DNA of 64,000 bases from Antedon mediterranea (GCF_964355755.1 NC_092680.1:16687045-16751044); one strand, 5' to 3'; counted from the first letter of the stretch, positions 25,508 through 38,212 are shown. Numbers and translations are program-made. The notes: generated by a model not told the origin, from the letters alone.

Positions 25508-25735
25508 CCAAAGGCAATTACTGAAAAAAATGACAATGCTGTGGGTATAAGTGGCTGGATCTCAATGGAGATACAAAAAAAAGCGAAAAGCTAAATCAAA
25601 ACGATAAAGTAAACAGCCAAAAAAGTTAGCAGAGCTTTCGGGCAACACTAGCCCTTCATCAGTGCAACTAAGGAAATTTGGATAAAGTCATAGCATATGA
25701 GTTGGCAAGTGCTGCCTGGGTGGACAGGAATAAAA
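25505..25735 (-). mobile_element. Penelope-like element terminal fragment, second copy
   Basis: Direct repeat of 24211-24380, flanked by (TA)n on both sides. Confidence 0.75.
25624..25669 (-). ncRNA. Minimal type I hammerhead ribozyme (loopless stem III, dimer type)
   Basis: Minus strand AGTTGCA-CTGATGA-A-GGGC-TAGTGTT-GCCC-GAAA-GC-TC-TGCTAACT; stem II covaries with the 24331 copy (GGGC/GCCC versus GAGC/GCTC). Confidence 0.85.
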
Positions 25736-26303
25736 GATATATAATAATATATATATATATATATATATATATGGCTCTGTGTTTAATTATAAGGATCTGA
25801 TTCCGTACCAATCACAAGCAACGTAGATCCTTTCCATATATCCTATATTTTCTAGTTGTATTCTTCATATAGAAACCTGGTTCCAAATATTGATTATTCT
25901 AGTATTACTTGCAAATTGGAAGTTAAGAAAACGGTGTGTTGTCCTTTAATAAAACACTATAGGTCAGGGAGTGCCCAAGCGGTTAAGACAGCGGAACCGC
26001 TGTATAGGGTCATCATAAATAAGGTTAAATTTTAAAAAATTTAAAAATAAGTAGGCCTATTATTTTTTTGGAAATTGCAATATTAGGCTACAATTCATTT
26101 CCAGTATAGGCCTAAAATAGGTAATAAGATTAATATTATTGTCTTTGCTGAAAAAGATGAGTTTTCTCATGTTGAATAAAGAACTAAAATAATTATGAAG
26201 AATTACAAATATTTTAAGAAAATAGAAGGCGTGACTTAAACTCTCGGAACACGCATCTCTCTGATAGGTAACAAGTAAAGAAAGTATCAAGTAATTGTTA
26301 ATA

Positions 26304-26325
26304 CTAGATGGTACGCGAGCGAAGC
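26304..26325 (-). mobile_element. Helitron 3' terminus (half hairpin) fused to the satellite
   Basis: A-CTAGATGGTACGCGAGCGAAGC, same arm as the terminal hairpins at 34657-34693 and 58267-58303. Confidence 0.7.
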
Positions 26326-29300
26326 CCATTAGTCGACTGTGCGCATGTTTATTATGCTATAGTATGGTTATGATAGCACAATTGACATGCGCAGAGTCGA
26401 ATAATGAGTTCTGCGCATGTCAATTGTGCTATAGTAACCATTTATGTCAAATATGGTTATAATAGCACAATTGAAATGCGCAGAACCCATTAATTGACTC
26501 TGCGCATGTTTATTATGCAATAGTAACCATTTATGTAAAAAAATAAAAGAGTCGAAAATCGGCCATTCCCACTTTTGACATAAATGGTTACTATAGCATA
26601 ATAAATATGCGCAGAGTCGAATAATGGGTTCTGCGCATGTCAATTGTGCAATAGTGACCATTTATGTCAAAAACTAAAAGGGTAAAAAATCAGCCATTTT
26701 TCGAAAATGTCCCTGTACTATATACTACAGGAATTTTGTCAAAAAATGGCAAATTTTCGACATTTTTTTTCCAATAAAACTGGTTACTATAGCACAATTA
26801 ACATGCGCAGAACCCATTAGTCGACTCTGCGCATGTTTATTATGCTATAGTAACCATTTATGTCAAAACTGGTTACTATAGCACAATTAACATGCCCAAA
26901 ACCCATTAGTCGACTCTATTTATTATGCTATAGTAACCATTTATGTCAAAACAGGTTACTATAGCACAAATGACATGCGCAGGGTCGAATAATGGTCTAT
27001 ATAGCACAATTAGCATGCGCAGAACCCATTAGTCGACTCTGCGCATGTTTATTATGCAATAGTAACCATTTATGTCAAAAATAAAAGGGTCGAAAATCGG
27101 CCATTTTTCGAAAATTTCCCTGTACTATAGTACAGGTATTTTTTTCAAAAAATGGCCAATTTTCGACCTTTTTATTTTTCGATAAAACTGGTTACTATAG
27201 CACAATTTACATGCGCAGAATCCATTATTCGTCTCTGCGCATGTTTATTATTCAATAGTAACCATTTATGTCAAAAAATAAAAGGGTCGAAAATCAGCCA
27301 TTTTTCGAAAATTTCCCTGTACTATAGTACAGGTATTTTTTCAAAAAATGGCCAATTTTAGACCTTTTTATTTTTCGATAAAACTGGTTACTATAGCACA
27401 ATTAACATGCGCAGAACCTATTAGTCGACTCTGCGCATGTATATTTTGCTATAGTAACCATTTATGTCAAAACTGGTTACTATAGCACAATTGACATGCG
27501 CAAAACCCATTATTCGTCTCAGCGCATGTTTATTATGCAATAGTAACCATTTATGTCAAAAAATAAAAGGGTCGAAAGTCAGCCATTTTTCGAAAATTTC
27601 CCTGTACTATAGTACAGGGATTTTTTCAAAGAATGACCAATTTTCGACCTTTTTATTTTTCAATAAAACTGGTTACTATAGCACAATTAACATGCGAAAA
27701 ACCCATTAGTCGACTCTGCGCATGTTTATTATGCAATAGTAACCATTTATGTCAAAAATAAAAGGGTCGAAAATCGGCCATTTTTCGAAAATTTCCGTGT
27801 GCTATAGTACAGGTATTTTTTCAAAAAATGGCCAATTTTCGACCTTTTTATTTTTCGATAAAACTGGTTACTATAGCACAATTAACATGCGCAGAACCCA
27901 TTAGTCGACTCTGCGCATGTTTATTATGCTATAGTAACCATTTGTGTCAAAACTGGTTACTATAACACAATTGACATGTGCAAAACCCATTATTCGTCTC
28001 TGCGCATGTTTATTATGCAATAGTAACCATTTATGTCAAAAATAAAAGGGTCGAAAATCAGCCATTTTTCGAAAATTTCCCTGTACTATAGTACAGGTAT
28101 TTTTTCAAAAAATTGCCAATTTTAGACCTTTTTATTTTTCAATCAAACTGGGGACTATAGCACAATTAACATGCGCAGAACCCATTAGTCGACTCTGCGC
28201 ATGTTTATTTTGCTATAGTAACCATTTATGTCAAAACTGGTTACTATAGCACAATTGACATGCGCAAAACCCATTAGTCGACTCTGCGCATGTTTATTAT
28301 GCAATAGTAATCATTTATGTCAAAATAAAAAAGGGTCGAAAATCGGCAATTTTTCGAAAATTTCCCTGTACTATAGTACAAGGATTTTTTCAAAAAATGA
28401 CAAATTTTCGACCTTTTTATTTTTCGATAAAACTGGTTACTATAGCACAATTAAGATGCGCAGAACCCATTAGTCGACTCTGCGCATGTTTATTATCCTA
28501 TAGTGACCATTTATGTCAAAAACTGGTTACTATAGCACAATTGACATGCGCAGAACCCATTAGTCGACTCTGCGCAAGTTTATTATGCAATAGTAACCAT
28601 TTATGTCAAAAATAAAAGGGTCGAAAATCGGCCATTTTTCGAAAATTTCCCTGTACTATAGTACAGGTATTTTTTCAAAAAATGGCCAATTTTTGACCTT
28701 TTTATTTTCGATAAAACTGGTTACTATAGCACAATTAACATGCGCAGAACCCATTAGACGACTCTGCGCATGTTTATTATGCTATAGTAACCATTTATGT
28801 CAAAAACTGGTTGCTATAGCACAATTGACATGTGCAAAACCCATTATTCGTCTCTGCGCATGTTTATTATGCAATAGTAACCATTTATGTCAAAAATAAA
28901 AGGGTCGAAAATTGGCCATTTTTCGAAAATTTCCCTGTACTATAGTACAGGTATTTTTTCAAAAAATGGCCAATTTTAGACCTTTTTATTTTTCAATCAA
29001 ACTGGTTACTATAGCACAATTAACTTGCGCAGAACCCATTAGTCGACTCTGCGCATGTTTATTTTGCTATAGTAACTATTTATGTCAAAACTGGTTACTA
29101 TAGCACAATTGACATGCGCAAAACCCATTAGTCGACTCTGCGCATGTTTATTATGCAATAGTAATCATTTATGTCCAAATAAAAAAGGGTCGAAAATCGG
29201 CAATTTTTCGAAAATTTCCCTGTACTATAGTACAAGGATTTTTTCAAAAAATGACAAATTTTCGACCTTTTTATTTTTCGATAAAACTGGTTACTATAGC

Positions 29301-32300
29301 ACAATTAACATGCGCAGAACCCATTAGTCGACTCTTCGCATGTTTATTATCCTATAGTGACCATTTATGTCAAAAGCTGGTTACTATAGCACAATTGACA
29401 TGCGCAGAACCCATTAGTCGACTCTGCGCAAGTTTATTATGCAATAGTAACCATTTATGTCAAAAATAAAAGGGTCGAAAATCGGCCATTTTTCGAAAAT
29501 TTCCCTGTACTATAGTACAGGTATTTTTTCAAAAAATGGCCAATTTTTGACCTTTTTATTTTCGATAAAACTGGTTACTATAGCACAATTAACATGCGCA
29601 GAACCCATTAGACGACTCTGCGCATGTTTATTATGCTATAGTAACCATTTATGTCAAAAACTGGTTGCTATAGCACAATTGACATGCGAAAAACCCATTA
29701 GTCGACTCTGCGCATGTTTATTATGCAATAGTAACCATTTATGTCAAAAATAAAAGGGTCGAAAATCGGCCATTTTTCGACAATTTCCCTGTACTATACT
29801 ACAGGTATTTTTTCAAAAAATGGCCAATTTTAGACCTTTTTATTTTTCGATAAAACTGGTCACTATAGCACAATTAACATGCGCAGAACTCATTAGTCGA
29901 CTCTGCGCATGTTTATTATGCTATAGTAACCATTTATGTCAAAACTGGTTACTATAGCACAATTGACATGCGAAAAACCCATTAGTCGACTCTGCGCATG
30001 TTTATTATGCAATAGTAACCATTTATGTCAAAAATAAAAGGGTCGAAAATCGGCCATTTTTCGAAAATTTTCCTGTACTATAGTACAGGTATTTTTTTCA
30101 AAAAATGGCCAATTTTCGACCTTTTTATATTTCGATAAAACTGGTTACTATAGCACAATTAACATGCGCAAAACCCATTAGACGACTCTGCGCATGTTTA
30201 TTATGCTATAGTAACCATTATTGTCAAAAACTGGTTACTATAGCACAATTGACATGCGCAGAATCCATTATTCGTCTCTGCGCATGTTTATTATTCAATA
30301 GTAACCATTTATGTCAAAAAATAAAAGGGTCGAAAATCAGCCATTTTTCGAAAATTTCCCTGTACTATAGTACAGGTATTTTTTCAAAAAATGGCCAATT
30401 TTAGACCTTTTTATTTTTCGATAACACTGGTTACTATAGCACAATTAACATGCGCAGAACCTATTAGTCGACTCTGCGCATGTATATTTTGCTATAGTAA
30501 CCATTTATGTCAAAACTGGTTACTATAGCACAATTGACATGCGCAGAATCCATTATTCGTCTCTGCGCATGTTTATTATTCAATAGTAACCATTTATGTC
30601 AAAAAATAAAAGGGTCGAAAATCAGCCATTTTTCGAAAATTTCCCTGTACTATAGTACAGGTATTTTTTCAAAAAATGACCAATTTTCGACCTTTTTATT
30701 TTTCGATAAAACTGGTTACTATAGCACAATTAACATGCGAAAAACCCATTAGTCGACTCTGCGCATGTTTATTATGCAATAGTAACCATTTATGTAAAAA
30801 ATAAAAGGGTCGAAAATCGGCCATTTTTTGAAAATTTCCGTGTGCTATAGTACAGGTATTTTTTCAAAAAATTGCCAATTTTCGACCTTTTTATTTTTCG
30901 ATAAAACTGGATACTATAGCACAATTAACATGCGCAGAACCCATTAGTCGACTCTGCGCATGTTTATTATGCTATAGTAACCATTTGTGTCAAAACTGGT
31001 TACTATAACACAATTGACATGCGCAAAACCCATTATTCGTCTCTGCGCATGTTTATTATGCAATAGTAACCATTTATGTCAAAAATAAAAGGGTCGAAAA
31101 TCGGCCATTTTTCGAAAATTTCCCTGTACTATAGTACAGGTATTTTTTCAAAAAATGGCCAATTTTAGACCTTTTTATTTTTCAATAAAACTGGTTACTA
31201 TAGCACAATTAACATGCGCAGAACCCATTAGTCGACTCTGCGCATGTTTATTTTGCTATAGTAACCATTTATGTCAAAACTGGTTACTATAGCACAATTG
31301 ACATGCGCAAAACCCATTAGTCGACTCTGCGCATGTTTATTATGCAATAGTAATCATTTATGTCAAAATATAAAAGGGTCGAAAATCGGCCATTTTTCGA
31401 AAATTTCCCTGTACTAGTACAAGGATTTTTTCAAAAAATGACAAATTTTCGACCTTTTTATTTTTCGATAAAACTGGTTACTATAGCACAATTAACATGC
31501 GCAGAACCCATTAGTCGACTCTGCGCATGTTTATTATGCTATAGTGACCATTTCTGTCAAAAACTGGTTACTATAGCACAATTGACATGCGCAGAACCCA
31601 TTAGTCAACTCTGCGCATGTTTATTATGCAATAGTAACCATTTATGTCAAAAACTGGTTACTATAGCACAATTGACATGCGAAAAACCCATTAGTCGACT
31701 CTCCGCATGTTTATTTTGCAATAGTAACCATTTATGTCAAAAATAAAAGGGTCGAAAATCGGCCATTTTTCGACAATTTCCCTGTACTATACTACAGGTA
31801 TTTTTTCAAAATGGCCAATTTTAGACCTTTTTATTTTTCGATAAAACTAGTTACTATAGCACAATTAACATGCGCAGAACCCATTAGTCGACTCTGCGCA
31901 TGTTTATTATGCTATAGTAACCATTTATGTCAAAACTGGTTACTATAGCACAATTGACATGCGCAGAGTCGAATAATGGGTTCTGCGCATGTCAATTGTG
32001 CTATATTTATGTCAAATATGGTTATGATAGCACAATTGACATGCGCAGAACGCATTATTCGACTCTGCGCATGTTTATTATGCAATAGTACCCATTTATG
32101 TCAAAAACAAGGCCAACAGCCATAAGTCGCGTGCTGTAAGAAAAAAAAATGAACTTTCAAAAAGTAATGTACTTTAAAACTTTTCTGTACATCAAAACAG
32201 TTCAAAAAGTTTAGAAAAGCGATAAAACGCGACTAAAAATATACTATAAAAATGTATTTCTTATTTTTATTTAAAAATCATGAGTCTCCTCTCCTTAATT

Positions 32301-34291
32301 GCAAACACAAAAAACGATCTGAGCATGTGCAAATGTATATAAAAGCACTCAGATAATGAGAGGGCAGTATAATGATATAAGCAGTCAGTTAGGCAGATCA
32401 TAAGTCAGCTCTCCTTAATTGCCTAAGTCACACAGCTGACTTGGGCAGAAACACAAAAAATAAAGTATATTGATATAACCAGTGAGTTAGGCAGAAAAAC
32501 AAAACAAAAATTATGTCTTAGACACTTTTGTTATGAGGCTGTCGATATCATCTATACACAAAAAATGCTACCTTTTAGTAACAAAATTTAATAGCATCAG
32601 CTCTTCAGATTAAAATTAACACTGATGAATTTAGAAAAGGAAAGTAGCAATAAAGAGAAAGAATTTGTAAAAATGGGTTAAAAAATATAAAAATATAAAA
32701 ACGCATAATAATTGAATATTAAAAACTTGATATTTAAACCATTTTCAACCTTTTTTTTTTACATAATTGGGTTCTATGGAACTATAAGATGATCATAAAG
32801 CAATATATGATCATATACAGCAATATAAACGCACAATAATTGAATTTTAAAAACTTGAAATTTTGGCCATATTTTTTTTGAAAAAAATTCCTGTACAGGG
32901 ATTTTGTCGAAAAATTGCCAATTTTTTACCTTTTTATTTCTCGACATAATTGGGTTCTATGGTACTATAAGATGATCATAAAGCAATATATGATCATATA
33001 CAGCAATAAAAACGTATAATAATTGAATTTTAAAAACTTGATATTTTGGCCATATTTTTAAAAAAATTCCTGTACAGGGATTTTTTCGAAAAATGGCCAA
33101 TTTTAGACCTTTTATTTTTCGGTATAACTTGGTTCTATGATACTATAAGATGATCATAAAGCAATATATGATCATATACAGCAATATTTTAATTTTAAAA
33201 ACTTGAAATTTTTGCCATTTTTCTAAAAAAAAAGTTTTTCGACGTACGCACGTAATTGTATTGCCATATGATGATTTATGCCCTGAAATTTATGAGTACC
33301 AAATTGTATTTAATTGTTATTCATGGTTGTGAAGATATGATTACAAACGTGATTTCATTAAATCGTGCGTAGACCGCGTAATTTTTTATTGCGCACCATT
33401 AAAACATAACCACATCGATTCCTGGCCATAAGGAATATACTGTGAAAAATTGACTTAGCTAGATTAAACTGATATCAAAATAAGGTCAGAAAGCGATAAA
33501 TCGCATAGTGATACCGGACTGACAGACAGACCGACCGACCAACATAGTGAACTATAGAGTTTTAAAAAAAGGGTAAAAAATCGGTCATTTTTCGAATATT
33601 TCCCTGTACTATACTACAGGGATTTTTTCGAAAAAATGGCCAATTTATAACTTTTTTATTTTTCGATAAAACTGGTTACTATAGTATAATTAACATGTGC
33701 AGAACCCATTAGTCGACTCTGCGCATGTTTATTATGCTATAGTAACCATTTATGTCAAAAACTGGTTACTATAGCACAATTGACATGCGCAGAACCCATT
33801 ATTTGTCTCTGCGCATGTTTATTATGCAATAGTAACCATTTATGTCAAAAAATAAAGGGTCGAAAATCGGCCATTTTTCGAAAATTTCCCTGTACAGGGA
33901 TTTTTTTAAAAAATTGCCAATTTTCGACCTTTTTATTTTTCGATAAAACTGGTTACTATAGCACAATTAACATGTGCAGAACACATTAGTCGACTCTGCG
34001 CATGTTTATTATGCTATAGTAACCATTTATGTCAAAAACTGGTTACTATAGCACAATTGACATGCGCAGAGTCGAATAATGGGTTCTGGGCATGTCAATT
34101 ATGCTATGTTTATGTCAAATATAGTTATGATAACACAATTGACATACGCAGGGATTTTTTCAAAAAATTGCCAATTTTCGACCTTTTTATTTTTCGATAA
34201 AACTGGTTACTATAGAACAATTAACATGCGCAGAACCCATTTGTCGACTCTGCGCATGTTTATTATGCTATAGTAACCATTTATGTCAAAA
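26325..34291. repeat. Satellite of two palindromic modules (A ~89 bp, B ~105 bp) arranged mainly AAB, sometimes AB; interrupted at 32106-33560
   Basis: A: 31-bp arms TGGTTACTATAGCACAATTAACATGCGCAGA around a 14-nt loop; B: ~50-bp arms centred on GTACTA|TAGTAC; 854-bp and 3043-bp higher-order duplications. Confidence 0.97.
32106..33560 (-). mobile_element. Long HINE inserted in the satellite, with internal ~180-bp tandem repeats
   Basis: Minus strand 5' CTCTATAGTTCACTATG + (GGTC/GTCT)n at 33560-33520, body shared with 20375-20580, 3' GCACGCGACT + hairpin + CTTGTT at 32134-32106; repeat starts 32763, 32946, 33124. Confidence 0.8.
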
Positions 34292-34656
34292 GGATGGGAA
34301 GAACAACTTTTAAATATATTCTCTATCCGCTCAGTAACTAAATATTGTTTAAAATGCTTTATAGGCTTTTCAATAATATACCACTAAACACAGTAAAACA
34401 TTTACGATTTATAATACTTTTTTAAAACTGTCCCTGTTATAGTCGATTGAAATAGTAAAGTACATAACGATACACCACTACGACGTTTAAATTTTTTATA
34501 ATTATTAATTAATACAAACGTTGAGAAGCAACTGTCAGTAATCTACCCACAGTCACAGTAATAAATGTTCTTTGTATATTTTGTTTATATATCTAACAGT
34601 AATCACATTCACAGTAAGACAATCTCGATTCAAATGGCGACAAAAAATGTACAATA
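34292..34656 (-). mobile_element. Older diverged Helitron body fragment
   Basis: Colinear, diverged copy of 34900-35310. Confidence 0.8.
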
Positions 34657-36468
34657 CTAGATGGTACGCTCGCTTCGCTCGCGTACCATCTAGGTCGTGC
34701 CCACAGATGGTTCTCGAATACGTACACAGTAATTTCAGCGTAACAAAACTGGCGATTTCAAATGTACGTACCGCAACTAAAATTAGCACCCTGGGAATTA
34801 CTTCCGAAGGAGAAACTTATCACAAAATGAGTCCAAATTTTTGATTTGGACTCATTTAAAGAAACCCAATTTGTGTTTTGTATGTAACATTAGGGTTGAG
34901 GGTTGGGAAAGCGGATAGGTACAAAGAAGAACAATTTTTAAATATATTCTTTATCCACTCAGTAACGAAATATTTCATGTTTTATAGGCCTATAAATAAT
35001 ATACCTCTAAATACAGTAAAACATTTGCGATTTAATACTTTGTTAAAACTGTCACTGTCATAATCGATTGAAATATTAAAGTACATGTTACGATACACCA
35101 CTACGACGTTTATATTATTGGTAATTATTAATTAATACAAACGTTGAGAAGGAACTGTCAGTATAAAGTTTATTTGTATATAATAATGTGTTTATATATC
35201 TAACAGTAGAGCCTAACCACAATTTGTATATATTTTTATATTACATCTAACAGTACGAACATTCACAGTAAGAAATGTTCGATTCAAATGAGGACCAAAA
35301 ATATTTAATAGGTATTTACAGTATTGTCAAAGTATTGCAAGTTTATTCTCAAAGGGCCTATATATTTACCTACCGTATGTGTTAAACCAAGGGCTCATAA
35401 ATTTACCTACTTGTGTTAAACCAAACTCTGGGATGTTCCATTCATCGCAAATCAATACATTTGTATAATCGTATATTAAATCTATCAAAATAGTATTTTT
35501 TAAAGAAAATCGGCCTGTCTTCAACATTATGATGCTGTACTCTAGCTGTTCAACCAGTTTTCAGCTATTAAAAACAATTATCGTAGGAGGAGATAGGAAA
35601 AGGCGAAGCCTCCTCGCATTTTTGTGGCGGGTATTTTTCAATATGGACATCCATTAGACAGTGTATACCACGATCGTAAAACACCCCTATTTGGGGCAAA
35701 TCGTTGAACCTAAATTCGTTTTAATCGTCAATAACTAATTATCTAACTTAATTTAATTAGTAAACATGGTTACATCAGGTGGTTAAAATCAGTACCGAAA
35801 GTACGAACCAACTTTATATACCATCGAGTAAAAATTCGAGAAGTAAGGCGCGATTTACCGAATTTTGCCCTTACGTAAATTTATATATAGATTGTCAAAG
35901 TATTGCAATACTATAATAAGTTTTATTCTCCAAGGGCCCATAAATTTACGTACTTGTGTTAAACCAAGGGCTCATAAATTTACCTACAAACTGGGAGTCT
36001 GAGAGATTGGAATGTTCCATATATCGCAGATCAAAACAGTTGTATAAATGTATATTAAATCTATCAAAATAGTATTTTTTAAAGAAAAATCGGCCTGTCT
36101 TCAACATTATGATGCTGTACTCGAGCTGTTCAACCGGTTTTCAGCTATTAAAAATAATTATCGTAGGAGGAGATAAGAAAATGCGAAGCATCTTCCTATT
36201 ATTGTGTGCGGGTATTTTTCCATGGAAATTCATTAGACAGTGTGTACCACGATTGGAAACACCCCTATTTGAGGCAAATCGTTGAACCTAAATTCGTTTT
36301 AATCGTCAATAACTAATTACCTAACTAATTTAATTAGTAAACAGGGTTACATCACATGGTTAAAATCAGTACCGAAAGTATGAACCAACTTTATATACCA
36401 TCGAGTAAAAATTCTAGAAATAAACCGAGATTTATCGAATTTTGACCTTACGTAAATTTATATATAGA
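34657..36468 (-). mobile_element. Non-autonomous Helitron with duplicated 5' end
   Basis: Minus strand starts A|TCTATATATAAATTTACG at 36468 and again at 35891; ends with the GCGAGCGAAGCGAGC hairpin and CTAG|T at 34657; homologous to 56868-58303. Confidence 0.9.
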
Positions 36469-36544
36469 TTCTACGACTAATTTTTATAACAGGTAAATGT
36501 ATTCGTCGAGTATCAATACTATTGCAAACAAATTAAGTCGTGTA

Positions 36545-36621
36545 TTAGTTATCGGAGTCCAATGCGCCTGTTGGTGAAGTTTTTGATGACGACGACATAT
36601 TGTTGAGAGCTGTTTGAGCTT
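36545..36621 (-). CDS. SKOR: SKOR terminal coding exon (EAQTALNNMSSSSKTSPTGALDSDN*)
   Basis: TTTTTCAG acceptor, phase 1 consistent with previous exon, resembles the EAHDAL motif of SKOR C-termini, TAA stop. Confidence 0.7.
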
Positions 36622-38043
36622 CTGAAAAATATAAATTACTTTTGTTTTTATTATCTTTATTTAAAGAAAGTTGAAGATTTATTTAAAGAAATTTGAAGAT
36701 TAAAAAGTGACCTCCATTGTTCTGATCAGTGTTTACAATTTTGTTGTTGTCTTTCGATGGCATTGTAGCCAAATAAAGTGAAATCATAATTACTCGAAAT
36801 GTGATTAAATAATAAAATTAAATTGTCGGTAAAACTATTATTATTGTTATATTATTTAGTAACAATTACATGCATAAGTACATTTTCTACAGTGCCTCTA
36901 TTTTGTTTTATTTAGTATTATTTTATTTCATGAACACAAAATCATTTGTATATTTTCAGTTTGTATTTTGTTTAGACCGATTTTGATTGGTAATTCACTG
37001 CGCGTCAGCAATTTTGTTTTATGTTTTCTTAGCAATCTAGATAATATTGAACATTTTGTTATGAATCTCGTTAATTAAAATAAATTAAAGCTTACATATC
37101 TATATCGCGCTTATCATAAACTTATACAATTATCTTCCACTACGTACTATTTTTAGTATATGATTATTATATAGAATATTAAAAATCAATATTACTTATA
37201 GAAAATGTCATAAAGAAAAACTTATTAGTAAGCATAATTAAACCATATCATATAGACTTTTCCCCAATTAAACACCATCCGGTATGATATTTACTATCAT
37301 TGTACTACCACCCACATACGTCTTCTTGTACTCCTAAATTAAATTCTCATTAGCATTGTTATTACTATCTAATTGGCCGATAACAAATTTAACTACTAAC
37401 AAACAGTATTATACTTTATATTTATTTCATTTTTAGGAGATTGTTAAGTCTTGTTCAAGGCTATTTGAATAGTTGTAAGTTAAGTTTTATAATTATCTTC
37501 AACACTCACAATTTAAAATAACTATGATTTGTGTCGTGATAAAACATGTTTCTTATTAGTAGTTAGTAATTATTATCCGTTAATTGAACAGTGTAAAATG
37601 GAGATATTATTAACCAATATAGTTTATTACCAGCAGGAGTAAATAAATGCTGTATCAATCGAAGATAACAAATGTCTAAAAACTCTGTAATTTATTTTAC
37701 ATTAAATTTCTTCTATTATGGAGTATAAAATTGAAGTTTTTAGATTATTATTACATGGCAAGGTGTTTATATTACGTGACTGTGACGCTCTTCCGGTTGC
37801 GGCGCGCTGCAATTATCCGACGACTCGTGGCGCGCGATAATTCAAAAAAGTTTTTCTCTGCGGCGCTTATTTATTTTTGAATGCTTATTGTGATATCTAT
37901 TCGATTAAAATGTTGATTTTACTGAGTAATTAAACAACTCGATATTATTTGAATATGTTACTTATTCAATAGTTATTCGTATTTGATTGTGCCACTTATT
38001 CGAGTACGCTGTTTACTTGATCGTTTATACGTTTTCGACTACG

Positions 38044-38195
38044 CTGCTTATTTGACTGTGGTACTTATTCGGCAGCGATGCTTCTTTGACTGTAGTACTT
38101 ATTCGACTATGATGCTTATTGACTGCGTTACTTATTCGGCAGCGATGCTTCTTTGACTGTGGTCACTTATTCGAATCGATTCTTATCGACTGTGC
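38044..38195. repeat. Degenerate 17/34-bp tandem repeat in SKOR intron
   Basis: GACTGTGGTACTTATTCGGCAGCGATGCTTCTTT-like unit repeated, decaying leftwards. Confidence 0.75.
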
Positions 38196-38212
38196 TATAG
38201 CCTAGTACTTAC

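Noticed and set aside
25962-26000. tRNA-Leu-like start GTCAGGGAGTGCCCAAGCGGTTAAG
   Set aside because: Only an A-box-like fragment; no B box or cloverleaf
26368-34273. Many Cys-rich ORFs (KLVTIAQLTCAEPISRLCACLL..)
   Set aside because: Translations of the satellite; frames shift from copy to copy
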